Shown here: one piece after another, positions 1 through 13,000 of the stretch | How the letters are laid out: the number at the start of each line of letters is the position of its first letter | How positions within the stretch are numbered: position 1 is the first letter of the stretch | NCBI GenBank assembly: GCA_030248215.1 | Contig: JASANG010004131.1 | Span: 124,001 to 188,000, forward strand | DNA length: 64,000 bases | Source: Enoplolaimus lenunculus | Lineage: Eukaryota | Direction: 5' to 3' | Translations under genes and position numbers: made by a program | The notes under the pieces: model-generated | Databases searched by the model: none | Seen by the model: only the letters and a program-made list of their open reading frames with translations | What the model was told of the DNA's origin: nothing

Positions 1-2188
1 GTGTTTTATATTGTCATGGTGCGCATTGATGCTTTCCGAACAATTTTGGCAAGACAGTGTTCGAACAAGCACTCGGCCCATACATATGTACTTATCATAA
101 AGCGCATCAAATTAAGGCAGCATTTAAATGCGTTCTCACTGGAGTCTTGATCATCATCTCTATTGATAAAAATAGTACAAGGCTTAGGCTCAGGCCTAGT
201 GATATGCTTATACTACTGTTACAGCCATCAAGTTGTATAGTATTGTATTTGTATTGTATTTGTTTTTTGAACAAATTAATGCATGTAGACATTACAAATA
301 CAGAAAAGGAAACATCAGCATTGGTGCTCAATTAAGGCTAGAAAGGAAACGAAGTCCATTAACATCTTAACCTAAGTTTCGGTCGATTTTGAGAAATTTA
401 GTAGATTCACTTCGGTCAGGCTATTCTTAAAAACTGAGACCGTAGGGCATAAACACAATTTCAACTAGTAAATTCCAAATATCAATTGTTGTTACACTTA
501 TGACCCATAAGCAAACAGTTTGTGTTAAACTTTGGTTTTGTCAGTTTCTTAGGATTTCCACGCGTTCTGGTATTCATTCAGTGAATAGCTGAAAATGTTT
601 AAATGTGCTATTGGTCCGTATCCTAAAGACTTGGAAACAGTGATGAGGTCAGCGCTGAGGCGACAAAGCTCTAGTGGATCTAGGTACAAATACTGTAGTC
701 GTTCTTTATAACTTTACTGCAGGCATTTGCATGCTCTGAAACAGACGATTAGTGACATAACGTTGCACACGTTCTAACCTGTAACACAAGTACTAAAAAC
801 TCGTATTGCTCGAAATATTGTAAAACATTGAACTGTTTTGTTTTTATATACGTTTTATGTAACTAGAACCTCAAACAAATTAACTCATTGGCCCATGTGA
901 GTAAGCCTACTTTCTAGACTACATTTTTTGGTTAGTCTTAGGATTGGGCTTAGGTTTAGGTTTAAGAATGCGCTGAATCTGCTGTTGTGGCCCTATAAGC
1001 AACATTGGCCAAGTCATTTATAATTGCATTATAGTGCGACACAATAAGTCCACTACAGTGAACTACATAGCTAGTCAGGTTTATAATTTAGAAAACTATT
1101 CCTTGCGAATTGGGCACGATAATCGTTTTGGCATATTTTGTTATCTGTTCAGTGATGAGAAAGCTTTGCGGTACATAGTACGCTCCCACAAAGCTTATTC
1201 TATGAGGTAGGTGGATGCATGTCGGCGATACCAGCCCATGCCGATCCCGATAAGGCACATCGGATAAAAGTTAACGCATATAGGAGACATAGAAGCTCTG
1301 CGTAAGCCAGAAAACAGAAAACACACGGAGAAACCCAGGTTCAATCGATGTAACACATAAGCACAGAATTAAGGTAGCTGATTGTAAGTCGACATAGGTG
1401 AATGTTAGCGAGCTGGACAGATTTTCAACAGTGATTACACAACTAAATTGACACGGTGGCCACAGTGCGAGCGCAATGGCAAATTGTCACGCTTGAGTGC
1501 TGTTTTTAAGTTGTCGGTCAAGGAACGCCCTTTGAGAAAACTGGTGGATATGATAGGCTGACGAGTGTAGATGACACTAGCTCATGCCGATGCTGCACAT
1601 CGGAGAATGGTTACAGTATACGTAGCAGAACCATAGAAGGCACATATTTATACAGCAGGCAGAATACACAGAAGAACCAAGATACATAAAGACCCTAAAG
1701 ATATATGTTGAGGTTCAACACATATGTAAGACTTCCCGAAGAACGCTCTTCATATTAGATATGCAATCACTTAAACGGTCGTAGTATCCTTACTTTACTA
1801 ATTTATCACATTCTATATATGTTGCATTTTTTATGTTTGTACGCTACTAGTGGCATACTTGTTGGATTACATATATAGCAAGTTGTTTTCATTAGTCCTG
1901 CTCTTTTAGTTATCATCGAAATAAAATACGCCATCGTTTGCCTTTTGTTTTTGCTACAAACACAGTTAACAAACTTTCAGTTAAGCAAGTTTAGAATTTT
2001 TTGCATTGAAGTTGGATGTTAAAACTGGTCTAATTGTTTGCAATCTCCAGTTTCTTAAGCAGACGGTCTACCGCAACGCAAAGCACAGCCAGCATCTCCA
2101 TGAGCTATTTTATATACATTTTAATCATTTCAATTTTTAGTTGATACGCACATTGTATATATTGTTCCTATTACTAATTTACTTTGAA

Positions 2189-2263
2189 ATGCCTAGCAAG
2201 GAAAACCCATATGGTGGTGGTTTTAAATATTACAATTCAGTGACACATGAAGGCAAGCTTGGT
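2189..2263 (+). CDS. ATP5MK: ATP5MK coding exon 1
   Basis: ATG at 2189, 25 codons, donor gtaagt. Confidence 0.85.
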
Positions 2264-2608
2264 GTAAGTCTGTTTTCACAGTTGTGTTGTGTTGTTTACA
2301 ATTTGGAATACGTATGTATAGCTTTTTATACAGGGAACAAGTCATCAACATGTGGCAAATCAGTTGTTCAAAATAGGTGGCTTTGAGGCGCGTTTCAATT
2401 TCAACCCACTCAAAATTCAAGGTACATATTTTCCACGCGTCTCCGGTAATATATGCAATATTTTTGTGTACTTTCGCATGTGCTACAATTTTGAATATGC
2501 TTTTAGGCGGTTGCAATTACTTTCGGAACTATAGCCGGGATATATGCTATAGTGAAGATTCGCAAATGGCGGAAATCAGATTTGATTGAGAAAGACTCGA
2601 AAAAATAA
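2189..2608 (+). CDS. ATP5MK: ATP synthase membrane subunit k (DAPIT/USMG5), 58 aa, 2 coding exons: 2189-2263, 2507-2608
   Basis: Splice GGT|gtaagt...ttttag|GCG gives MPSKENPYGGGFKYYNSVTHEGKLGAVAITFGTIAGIYAIVKIRKWRKSDLIEKDSKK*. This matches the DAPIT pattern (KYFNSYTxxGR followed by a TM segment and basic tail) and length as I remember them. Upstream acceptor tttttag at 2140; AATAAA at 3001-3006. Confidence 0.85.
2507..2608 (+). CDS. ATP5MK: ATP5MK coding exon 2 (TM helix and stop)
   Basis: ttttag acceptor, AVAITFGTIAGIYAIVKIRK..., TAA at 2606-2608. Confidence 0.85.
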   Translation, partial: AVAITFGTIAGIYAIVKIRKWRKSDLIEKDSKK

Positions 2609-3272
2609 TTGATTTTTGAGTAATTTTGTGTAAACTTATTAATATGTAGTTTTGTTTTATGTGATGTACATTGCTTTAAGTGTGGAGGATAGCGTCGGCA
2701 ATGAGCAACTTCCAAGCTAAGTTATTTTTGGAATATTCCTGTGAGACGTTCCTGCGTAATAGATAGTATAATTGATAAGGCGAAAGGCGGAATCATTGTT
2801 ATTTTAAATCTACTTCGTTTGCGCGCAGTAGATAAGTATTGTCAGTTTTTCTTTGCGCATAGTAGATATTGGTAGCTTGTCAATTTGACTTTTTCTTTTA
2901 CGAAATGGTATATTTACCCTTCATTAATGTCTTCGATATATCAAATTAAAAATACTTCTTATTGTTTTCGTAGAGTTACTTTGCTAGAGTATTTTTACTT
3001 AATAAAAATATTGTTTGTTTAAAATTTGCAATTGTGGAAGGTTAAACAGCAGTTCAAGCGAAATTAGGTTGTCAATATAGTATTGTATAATTTGCTAATA
3101 TCAGCAGATCTCCAATTGTACCCTAGTAATTATTTCAAATCAGCAGATGTGCTCAGCATTAAGTTCACAAATAGTGTCAGCCAATTGAACAATATCAGAA
3201 ACGGAAACCAGAGGATCAGGTGAATTTGTCATTGATGGAATCAAGAATCAATATTAAACAATAGATTGTTTG

Positions 3273-4214
3273 CAGGGTGCAACTGGAGGTGAAAAATACC
3301 GGAGCCGGAGGTCAACGAAACTAGCCGGAGCCGGAGATGAGTAATTTTAGTCAATATCTGCAATATGTTGTTAAGTTGTTAGGTTTTACGCTAATTTTCA
3401 GCGAAATTTTGGGAATTTTTTCTTAAAAATTGTGAAAAGTATAATTAAACGCGCTAAACAGAAAAATTTTGTAATAAGCAAAATTTTAATATTGAAATTC
3501 TCGGAACCTGCGGCAAAAGTTCTACCGGAGTCGGAGGCCAATTTTCTGTCGGAGGAATGGTCAGACCTCCGGTTATACCCTGCTAAACAGATAAATTTTG
3601 CAAAATTGTACAAAATTTTACGACCGAAATTGCCGGAACTTCCGGCAAAAATTTTACCGAAGCCGAAGGCAGACCTTCGCTTGTATCCTGCTGCAATTGT
3701 TTGATGAAGTAACAATTATAAAATTCAAAATCTTCAAATGCCGAACCTCCGGCAATAAAGCACAACCGTATGTCCATTTTCTGCCGGTCGTTATTAGGGT
3801 GCAGCCGGAGGAACAGAAGCCGGAGGACAACAAAACTTGCTGGAGGTGAGGTGGAATTAAGCTGTTAATGTTTAATTTGTTAATTTTAGCAAATATCTCT
3901 TGTATTAATAAATTGTTTGGTTATACGATTTTTTTACGAGATTTCGGCAATTTTTCCTCGAATTCGTGACAAAAGTTAAAACAGAGCACGCCAAACAGAT
4001 GAATTTTGCAAAATTTTACTACCGAAGTTGCCGGAACCTGCGGCAAAAATTCTACCGGAGCCGGACGCAGACCTCTAGTTGTACCCTGCTAAACAGAAAA
4101 ATTTTGCAAAATTATGAAGAATTTTACTATCTGCCGGAAACTCCAGCAAAAATTCTAGCGGAACCGGAGCTCGATTTTCTGCCTGAGCCAGAGAAGGACC
4201 TCCGGCTGTACCCT
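3273..4214. mobile_element. Two adjacent hAT-type MITE copies with duplicated right ends (3273-3690, ~3795-4214); related copy at ~5355-5700
   Basis: cagggtgcaac/tagggtgcagc left ends; repeated gttgtaccctg-like right ends followed by ctaaacag. Confidence 0.75.
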
Positions 4215-5146
4215 AGTTACTATTTGTTTACACCCTGGACGAGCCATTTTTTTGGCGAGAGTATGATATACAGCAAGCCTACGCTTGAAATTAATTTCTT
4301 GTTTAGGCTTATCAATGAAGCTGAGGCTCAGAAATACGCTGCGAGCTTTTTACAATTTGTAAGAAAGTAGCGAGTGCACCGCATTTTAAAACTATGGATA
4401 AATTTTGCAAATACTATCGAAATAGCTGTCAAAAATAATTTCCTTAGTCTTATTCTTATCAGGCATAAACTTGTGAAAAACACTTTCGCTTAAAATTTTA
4501 TTCCGCCGACTAGTTTATATTCTCAAAGTTTAACACACACCGAGGCTTCCAGTTTGCAAATTGTGCGTTTTGAATGATAACATTAAACCATTCTTGCTTA
4601 AATACTAAGAACCAAATTTGCGGTCTAAAACTGTTTTCATCAAGGTTTTGAATTTGCGCAATTCGTTGTAAAGCAGTAAATTGAACATAGTTAGCACCCG
4701 AGCGCATTCTAGGAACGCCTGAAAATTTTGTCTTGCACTTTTTCCTATAACAAAAGCTTGCGGTGTCAGTAAATTTGAGAACCTGTCATTTGTGTACAAA
4801 CTTTTGCAGCAGAGCTTTAATAATGTAAATTTCTGATCTTTCCTTCCGTACACTTTGGTTTTCCATTTCCGTGATTTGTTGACATAAAAACTGAACTTCC
4901 AACGTTAGCTAATTTTACTGTAAATGGGCAGGTCCCACAAACAGCTTGGAACCGTTTGTGTATATTTGCCCTTAATTGAACAGAAACTGTCAAGTTTTCA
5001 AATGCATCGGTTTTACATGAATGCCCCAAAAGTAAATTGGTTTAAAGCACACCACATCTGAGTTTCGCTCAAACAATAACGAGTATTCATTTTAATTCCA
5101 AGTTAAACAGTACCACAAACATAGAACCCTTCACGAAATCTTTGCT

Positions 5147-5220
5147 GCGGATGCGGTGAGGCTCGAACACATGACACGGAGTACCGGTCCGCTGCTCTAA
5201 CCACTGTGCTACGTATAGCC
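5147..5220 (-). pseudogene. tRNA-like sequence (pseudo-tRNA or SINE head)
   Basis: A box TAGCACAGTGG and B box GTTCGAGCC; no convincing anticodon arm. Confidence 0.5.
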
Positions 5221-6430
5221 ATGCAAACTTTTCGCTACAATGGCTCTATACACCGTAAATTTGGTACTATAAAATGCGTGAATTAATACGCCGCGAAATA
5301 GCATGAGCCGGAGAATGTCTCTCTCATTCCCAGAAATTACATTCCATATACAACAAGGTGCAACCGGAGCAAAAGGCCAACAATTTTTGCGTAAGACTTC
5401 TATTCTTAAGAATTTACGCAATTATAGCTTTCAAAATTGCTCTCCAGTTAATACAAGGAAGCTTGATGAACTAATTTTATAGAAGTACATAATTTCTCAA
5501 CCAAAGTTGCCGGAATGTCCGACAAAATTCTACCGGTACCATAGTTAGATTTTCCACCGGCGAATGAGGGAGACGTTCAGCTGTACCTTGATATACAAGT
5601 ACAACAAAACTTGTCATTTATAAGTACACAAAATTTCTCAACCTAAATTGCCGGAACCTCCGGCAAAAATTCTACCGGAGCCATAGGTCATCTGCCGGTA
5701 CGTTATTCAAAATGGTGAAAGTCGAAACTTTAATAAAATATCGGAAAGACAGTCGTAGGAATGTTAAACGCCTAATACAGCACTAACCTAATAATAAACT
5801 CATCAATATCCCACTAACCAACAAACGCCCTAACCAAAAGAATAATGTCAACACATTTGAAACCATCAATAAGGGGACATCAGAAAGTACAGTCACGGAC
5901 AGTAATAAATGAAATCGCGATTGCTCGTTTTTTTGAACGCAAACGCGATTTGAACTACTGGTTGGTGTTATTGCCACCATAGCCACAGCGGGGGTTGCGC
6001 ACCATTAAACGTTCAGTTATTTGTGGACGAGGCGCAGCATTGCAATCATGTGTTTTGACATGACTGACCGCGAGCACAGAGATAATTCAGATTTGTCAAT
6101 GTATATTCATTGACATTTACAAAAATGAATTACCGTTCATTGGCAAAGCGAATTATCTGGTCTACATAATAAACATCATGAAAGATAGAACGCTGTTTTT
6201 ACTCTTAAAACTTGTTTCACTATTTATCAGTATTTTTGTATAAACACCATAAACAAACACTGAGCAACAATAAACTTAATTACGTACTACGTTTCTTAGC
6301 TTATAAAAGACGGCCAAAAGCAATTCCGTCTGCCTTTGAGTGCTCCATAAAACGTTCCGCACACTCTTGACGCATTTGACTGACACAGCAGTTGCCCTTG
6401 AAAGTGTTCTCCTTCAATTAGCGTTTCCGC

Positions 6431-7021
6431 TTATTCTGAATCACTACGGCGACTGCGTCCATGATACTGTCTTCCACCATGACTTTCACGGTATGGTCGC
6501 CGACCGCTGCCTCTATCTTTCTCGGTTTCTCGTGATCCACGCTTGTTGTTGCTACGCTTCTTGGCAAGATATCGGCTTCGACTATCACTTCGAGAAGAAC
6601 GGTTGTTATGTGACTCGTCAATGTCGCCGTCGCTTGCTCCACTTCCATCGCGTTCATCCTCCGATTTTTGAACCCACTGTTCCGAAGATCGATCATCATC
6701 ATCATCGACATCACTGTCATTCCTATTCTGCGCTGATCCTCTACTGCCACCAGATTCACGGTCGCTATTGTTGTTATTCTGCCGATGATGAAGCTTCGTG
6801 TTGTCTATGCTAGTTTTGCTCACTGGACCATAACCGCCTTCGGAACCGCTGTTAGATGCCGACGACTCGCGATTTTCAGATGCGGCCGCCATTTTTTCAC
6901 GCATCGAACGCAGCGCACATTCTCGAAGCCGTTCCTCTTCATCCTCAGTAAGGCGAATCTTTCCCACCTCTGATCCGCGACTGCGGCGGTCTTTTTCATC
7001 GTCTGAACCGCCGTTTTCATT
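6431..7021 (-). CDS. SRRM1: SRRM1 exon 14 (terminal)
   Basis: tttcag acceptor; contains EEERLRECALRSMREK; TAA stop. Confidence 0.9.
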   Translation of the reverse strand, partial: NENGGSDDEKDRRSRGSEVGKIRLTEDEEERLRECALRSMREKMAAASENRESSASNSGSEGGYGPVSKTSIDNTKLHHRQNNNNSDRESGGSRGSAQNRNDSDVDDDDDRSSEQWVQKSEDERDGSGASDGDIDESHNNRSSRSDSRSRYLAKKRSNNKRGSRETEKDRGSGRRPYRESHGGRQYHGRSRRSDSE

Positions 7022-10000
7022 CTGAAATTTACACAACGCTTTGCCAGAATCGAGAAACTACAGGCGTGGACAGAACAAACTTAACTCTCTCCTGGAGCAT
7101 AGTAAATATATTAATACATAGAATTTAGCGTACCGCATGACTCAAAACCAAAGCTATTAATAAGCAATGCCCCGAACACAGTGAGGTGGATATAAACTAA
7201 CACACAGACCTGTGATTTAAAAGCAACTGAATCATGTTGCAAACCCTTCATTATAACAGGTGGTAACCCCCAAACATAAGCCAGGGACGCGCAGTGAAAA
7301 TCACAAAATGAGGTAATTAAGACATTTTCGTGTCAATTTTGCCGAAGTTATGACGAACGGAAATCCTAACACAAAAAATTTAGTTTAAAACCTGGAAACA
7401 AAACATAGGTATCACTATATATGAAATCCCGCGCGCGAAGTGAACGGAAACTAGCTGTATAGGTTAACCGAAATTAAGCCATTTTACTGTATCAACCCTC
7501 AAATCTTTTTTGCAGTTGCTACTTCAAAAGGGGACCACCCTTGCCACCAGCCTACCTTGTCATCAGCACTAGCTTCATCTGAAGAGTTCGGCGTCGACAT
7601 TTTTCTTTGCTTATTATAATGTTGCTTGTTGCTGTTTTCTGTTGTTGATTCTTCACCTCGCTTCATGTGCTTTTCATCCCGTTTCGGTTTTCGGCGTTTT
7701 AGAGTCTAAAATGGTTAAACCAGAATACGTCGCACACGTTGACCGATACACAGGTCATTATGTTACGTGTTCTAACTTGGCAACAGCCCCGTGGTAACTC
7801 TAAAATTATCACAGAAACATGAATAAAATGCACGCTAAAAGAGATATGAATCAGGCCGATACTAATTAATTACATATAATAAGAATAGTTATGTAAAAAG
7901 TAAGGACTCTCAAAATTATTGCTTCCGATTTCGGTATAAATTTCGTGTTTCGATTCAGCTCCGTTTTGCACCCTGGCACCCTATAATGTTCCATCCCATT
8001 CAAAGAAAACGACTACAAATGATATGGTGAAAGATCTATTTTTAGGTCAAATTAACGCTGAAATTGCTCTACAATGTTGCTTTCTGTTGTAAACTCAGAA
8101 AATGAACAGTCAATATATAAATTGGTGAGCTAAGTGAACTAGAACACAAAAATACCGGTGAACCCACATCCGACGCATTGATATCTGGCAACCGATCGTG
8201 TTTTGTCTTCTGACGGTGTGCCGATTTTCTTTCTCTGTAATATTAAAAGTTTAGTGCGTTAGCCCATTGTGAAATTTACAACCTATTTTTAAATAGCCAT
8301 TTACTCGCTGCATAAATAGAGTTAAACTGCATATTTTAGAGTCGAGTGTTTGCCAACAATTCACTTGTTGAAGCTAATTTAAAGGCAGTCCAAATTTCGA
8401 TTAAAGTTTACCAAAAATAAACGATAACCACTTCAAGCGATATCCTGCATCTAGATACAAATTTTCATTCATTTCTTTTCGCAGAATATCTTTTTTGTTC
8501 TCGCAATCAAAATGAAATTATCAATTCTAAAGGTAATCAGTCTTGTAAACAGGTCCAAAAATGTTCCGTTAGAGAGATAGATATTGAGTGGGATACTGCT
8601 AATGATCTGAGGTCCACCACAATACTATCGCTCAATTTCGGTTCTGCAACAATCAATTCCTCCAAATTTATCCGAAACTTACACGACGGCCTCGGAATCG
8701 GAACCTTCTTCACTACTGCTACGACGTGAATCGCTCATTTGTCTTCCGCTTTTTATCTGACGTCTTCCATGACTGTTTTGTTCATATCTACTACGCTTGC
8801 TAGCTAGATTTTCATGATCCGGCCTTTTAAGACTACCGGTATCTTGCTGACGCATTTCGTAATCTCGATTTCTGTCTCGGGCGGCATTTTGGCTAACGTG
8901 CACAGCGCTACTTTTATCATCGTACTTGGTCGGTACATCTCGACCTCTTCTCTTTGATTTCAAATTTCGATCGCTAGCTTGAGACAGGCGTCGTTGGTGT
9001 CGACGTTTCCGCTCTAGCGAAGACGCTTGCGACGACGAACTCTGATCATTATGGCTTTCATCGGTATTGCTACTGCCAGCAGAAGCGCTACGACGGCTGC
9101 TACGTTTCACAGCCGCCAGCGTATCTGCAGCAGTCGTCTTCGATGCTGACGGCACCGTTGGGCTATCTGCAGGCGCCGGTTGTGCTTGTCGACGGCGTTC
9201 ATATCTTCTATCTCCATATTCACTCTTCTCCGCGTAACGTGACGATTGAGGACCATCAATGCTGCGTTCACCGCGACCTCGACGATCACGAGACGCTGTT
9301 CGGTGCGGTGCAACACGTCGTTGACCAACAGTGTTATCATCATTATCAGCACTACCGGTATCATGATCACTACCATAACTGCGATTGCCTGATCCCGTTC
9401 GCTTGCGTCGTTGCATTGCAGTCTTTCTTGGGTGCACAGTAGACTGCTGTTTCTGGCGATATCTAGCTGAGCTGTCAGCGACTGCTGAATCGTTAGAACT
9501 GGTCGACTGAGCAGACTGTTCGGATGGCTCTCTCAAACAATAAGTGTATTGCTCAGATTTTTTGGCAATAGTCAACTAAGACTAAGACCAACAAAGTAAG
9601 TGAACTAGCGAACATTTTCGCAATAAGTATCCAGGAGACAGAGAGCTGTGGCGCTACGTTTATTTCTGATGCCAAACACATACTGCAGGCTAATTGTTGT
9701 CTCTCTATATGAACACAATGGTGACTCACGAGGAAAGAGGGATTGAAGTGGGAACAACGAATAAATTGAGATTTTATAAAACAAAATGACTTCGCTCTCG
9801 ATATTTCCACACCTTAGGTTTGCCTTCGGGTTTCTTAGACAACTTGGTTTACAAATTCCTAAACCTGACACAAAAATACTATTTTTGTGTCAAGACTGAA
9901 TAGATTTAATGCAAAAATTTGTCCAATTTCACGTTGGATTATAGCAGTTGGTTTTCGTTCGCTATGTTTTTCATTACTTAAATAGTCAAAAAGGTATCTT

Positions 10001-13000
10001 AAGAGAGTTTTTCGTGATTTCTTCTTAATTTTTATCAAACTTACAAAATGACATCAAGTACTTTAAACTTAATAATTAAATGAACGAGATGAAAGACATT
10101 TTTTTAATTTGAACTATATAGTTACAATATAGCAAGCAAAATTTTTTAATCTTTAAATAAATTGGTACAACGCCGTAAATGTTCCGGATCATGCGTTTTG
10201 CCATCGCATTATTACAGGAATTTCGATAGAACCCCGGTTGTAACCTTTGTCAAAGTTTTTTAGGATCCACCACATCAGTTATGGTTTCTGTTTAAAAATT
10301 CACTGCCGAAAACGATGTCTGCCGTACCAGTGAGTAGGGTGTTAAAATAAATAATTTAAGGCAGCTTTATACTTATAGTCTATTTTAACATACCTGCGTG
10401 GTCTCCGCATTTCTTGACCATGTCGACGTTGTCTTGTTCGTTCCGGACTGGAATTGCGTCGTTTAGATTCATTTGGGGATGCTCCTTAAACAAAACGATA
10501 AGAAAACGTACCATTAAATAAAAACAAGAAATATGGCGAAGGTCGCCGCGCCCGAGCAGCAAATCCTTTACGTGTAGCGAAACCATATTCAATCTTTCAA
10601 TTTCAACTAATAGCCGTTCAGGCGCTTTCACGAACAATTTACTGCCTGGTGATGCCACGGGGCTTGCACACACGATGTGCGGACTTTCTTAACTTTAAAT
10701 ACAGAGCGATATCTTGGTCATATGTTAATCGCTCACCGTATAGAGAAAGATCTTTACTGTGTGAAATGGCGTTTTATTGCCTTAAAAACGCAGACATAGC
10801 ATAACCTACTTTGTGGGGAGTCTCGGCGTCTTCGGATGGCGTTATTACTCGGTGGACGAGGTGAATGTCTAGACCAATTTCCAGAGTATTGTTGTGCATA
10901 ACGGCGATCACTACGGCCGGTTCGTTGTTCATACGACGACATATTTCCCCGATAACGATAATCGTTGTATCGATAACGCGGAGAGCGGCTTCGCTGCCTG
11001 TTGCCACTGCAAAACAACAAAAACTGGCGTTTTACGGGACTAAATTTCGCCAAAATATTAACTGACAATCTTTAATATAGGCAGTGACAAGATGAAAAAT
11101 CTATTGAAGGCAGTGACAAGATGAAAAATCTATGTTTAATGACTGCTATAACACGAGAGTGCAAATAGGGTTAAGTATGCCTAACACCCAACATGTGCTA
11201 CAGGATAGCACCGAATCTCCGATTTGACCGAATTCGAATCCATTGCTAATTTGCCGAATCCGAATCTTGCATGTTGCAAATTTCAGTTATATTTATAATT
11301 TGTTTCAGAATATCAACACAATGCCAGCCGCATAACTTTTAAACGTTTGAGATTTGTACCTGAAACAAAATTTTTTATTAAGATATTTAAAATTTTTATT
11401 GTTTAAAACTGAAAAACATATTGCCTAACAGTTGGATTCGGCTTTTTCACAACCGAATCCGAACCACAAGTTTTTGCCGAATTCGAATCCGAACCTTTGT
11501 TTCCACCCTGATGTGCTAATCACATGTCAGTGTTTCAAAAACGGTTATTGGACAGAAATGTTACAACGATATCATCCAGTGTTACTTAATACAACACATC
11601 ACAATTGCGCATTTATAGCATCCCTGAGTTTTGCCGAATTGAAAAATATTCTTCAGTTTATCTACTCGGCCCAACCAATAATGAAAACCTTGAACATTAC
11701 CTCATCTTTACAGGAGGTGTTGGTGGTGTCCGTGATGTTGAGCGTTTAGCTATCGGAGAGGACTCGGATCCTTTGCGTCGCCTAGCTTCATTCCGTCTGC
11801 GTCGTGATTCTTTGCTGTCTCCGGCATTAAAAGATCTATTACGCTCTGGAGAGTCTTCTGATGAGCTATCTCGCCTGGCAGGTGCCGGAGACCTGCTTCG
11901 TGCTTCCGGTTTGGGTCGTCGCACAATATGATCAGCTGCACTTTCACTTCCATCAGAACTTAGATCACGATTTATACTGCGTGCTCGGGGCGCCTGAACA
12001 CTCACGTTAGCGCTAGCGTTATCGTCGTTGTTGTTGCAAATAGTTGCATCAATTGCGCTGTTCCCCGCTTTAGGCATCCGCGGTTCACCAGTTTCTAAAA
12101 TTTTCTCAAACAGCACTTATGACTGAGTAAGGTACCATTTCTAAGCTAAACAGTGCCGTAATAGAATTTTGCACGACAATATTTCTGTGCATACGGTAGG
12201 GCGGGAACCCACGGCGCACTAAATGATGAAGTAATTCATATCAACGCTCACACTGATTTGTAATTGCACAAGCGGACATTTTTACACTATTTATTTAAAC
12301 GATTTACAAAAGTACCAAATCGAAAGAAATAACATTCTAAAGCAGGTTGTTTTTTCCGGAAAAAATGATGACCGAAAAAATGAAGTTTCTACATTTTTTC
12401 CGGAAAAACGGAGAAATTCCTTCTTTTACTGAGTGAATTTTTGCGTTAGTATTACCTAGTACATTCATGTAATAATTCAACTCAATAGAAAATAAAACCC
12501 TGATGTATGCTAAGAAGTTCATTGTCATTAAAAGCAAGAATTTAAAGACAGGGTGCACATTACCATCACAGGCATGATGCAGCCAGAATTCTGGTTCTTT
12601 CGGTTATCCCACTCCAGCCCAAGTTTGCCCAAAAATGGTTGCATTTTGAATATTTTTGCATATTTCAGCTTCTGAGGACCTCGCTTCCCTGATCATTCCA
12701 CTCCCGAATTTGAATTTTTGCAAAATTCAATTTTGAAGGTCCCAAGGTCCGATTTTGGGACCCAAAAAAGTTTTTGTTGAAAAGTTAGACATATTATAAA
12801 TCATTCGACGCAACTTGCCGAGCTGAGTCGAGTGGTGTTAACTTTTCTGCAATCAAAGTCTGGTTAACGAGTTGTTGTCAAATAATTGATTTAGCGTGAT
12901 GCAAGCGATCATGGGTCGGCGACAAATTTAGTGCTAGCCAGAATTCTGATTGTTCAAAATTTAACACTGTTCGTCCACATTCTGCAATCTGCGTCGAATA

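Noticed and set aside
3398..4370. ORFs of 83-134 aa with repeated LPEP/AKIL motifs
   Set aside because: Translations of MITE subrepeats; no transposase motifs.
6340..6813. Antisense and alternate-frame ORFs over SRRM1 and OSBPL8 exons (e.g. His-rich 157 aa; also 9143-9442, 62685-62954)
   Set aside because: Shadow ORFs expected opposite low-complexity coding exons.
11079..11133. Short tandem duplications (29 bp here; also ~17815-17875, ~44968-45150, ~53992-54029)
   Set aside because: Ordinary slippage duplications in non-coding DNA.
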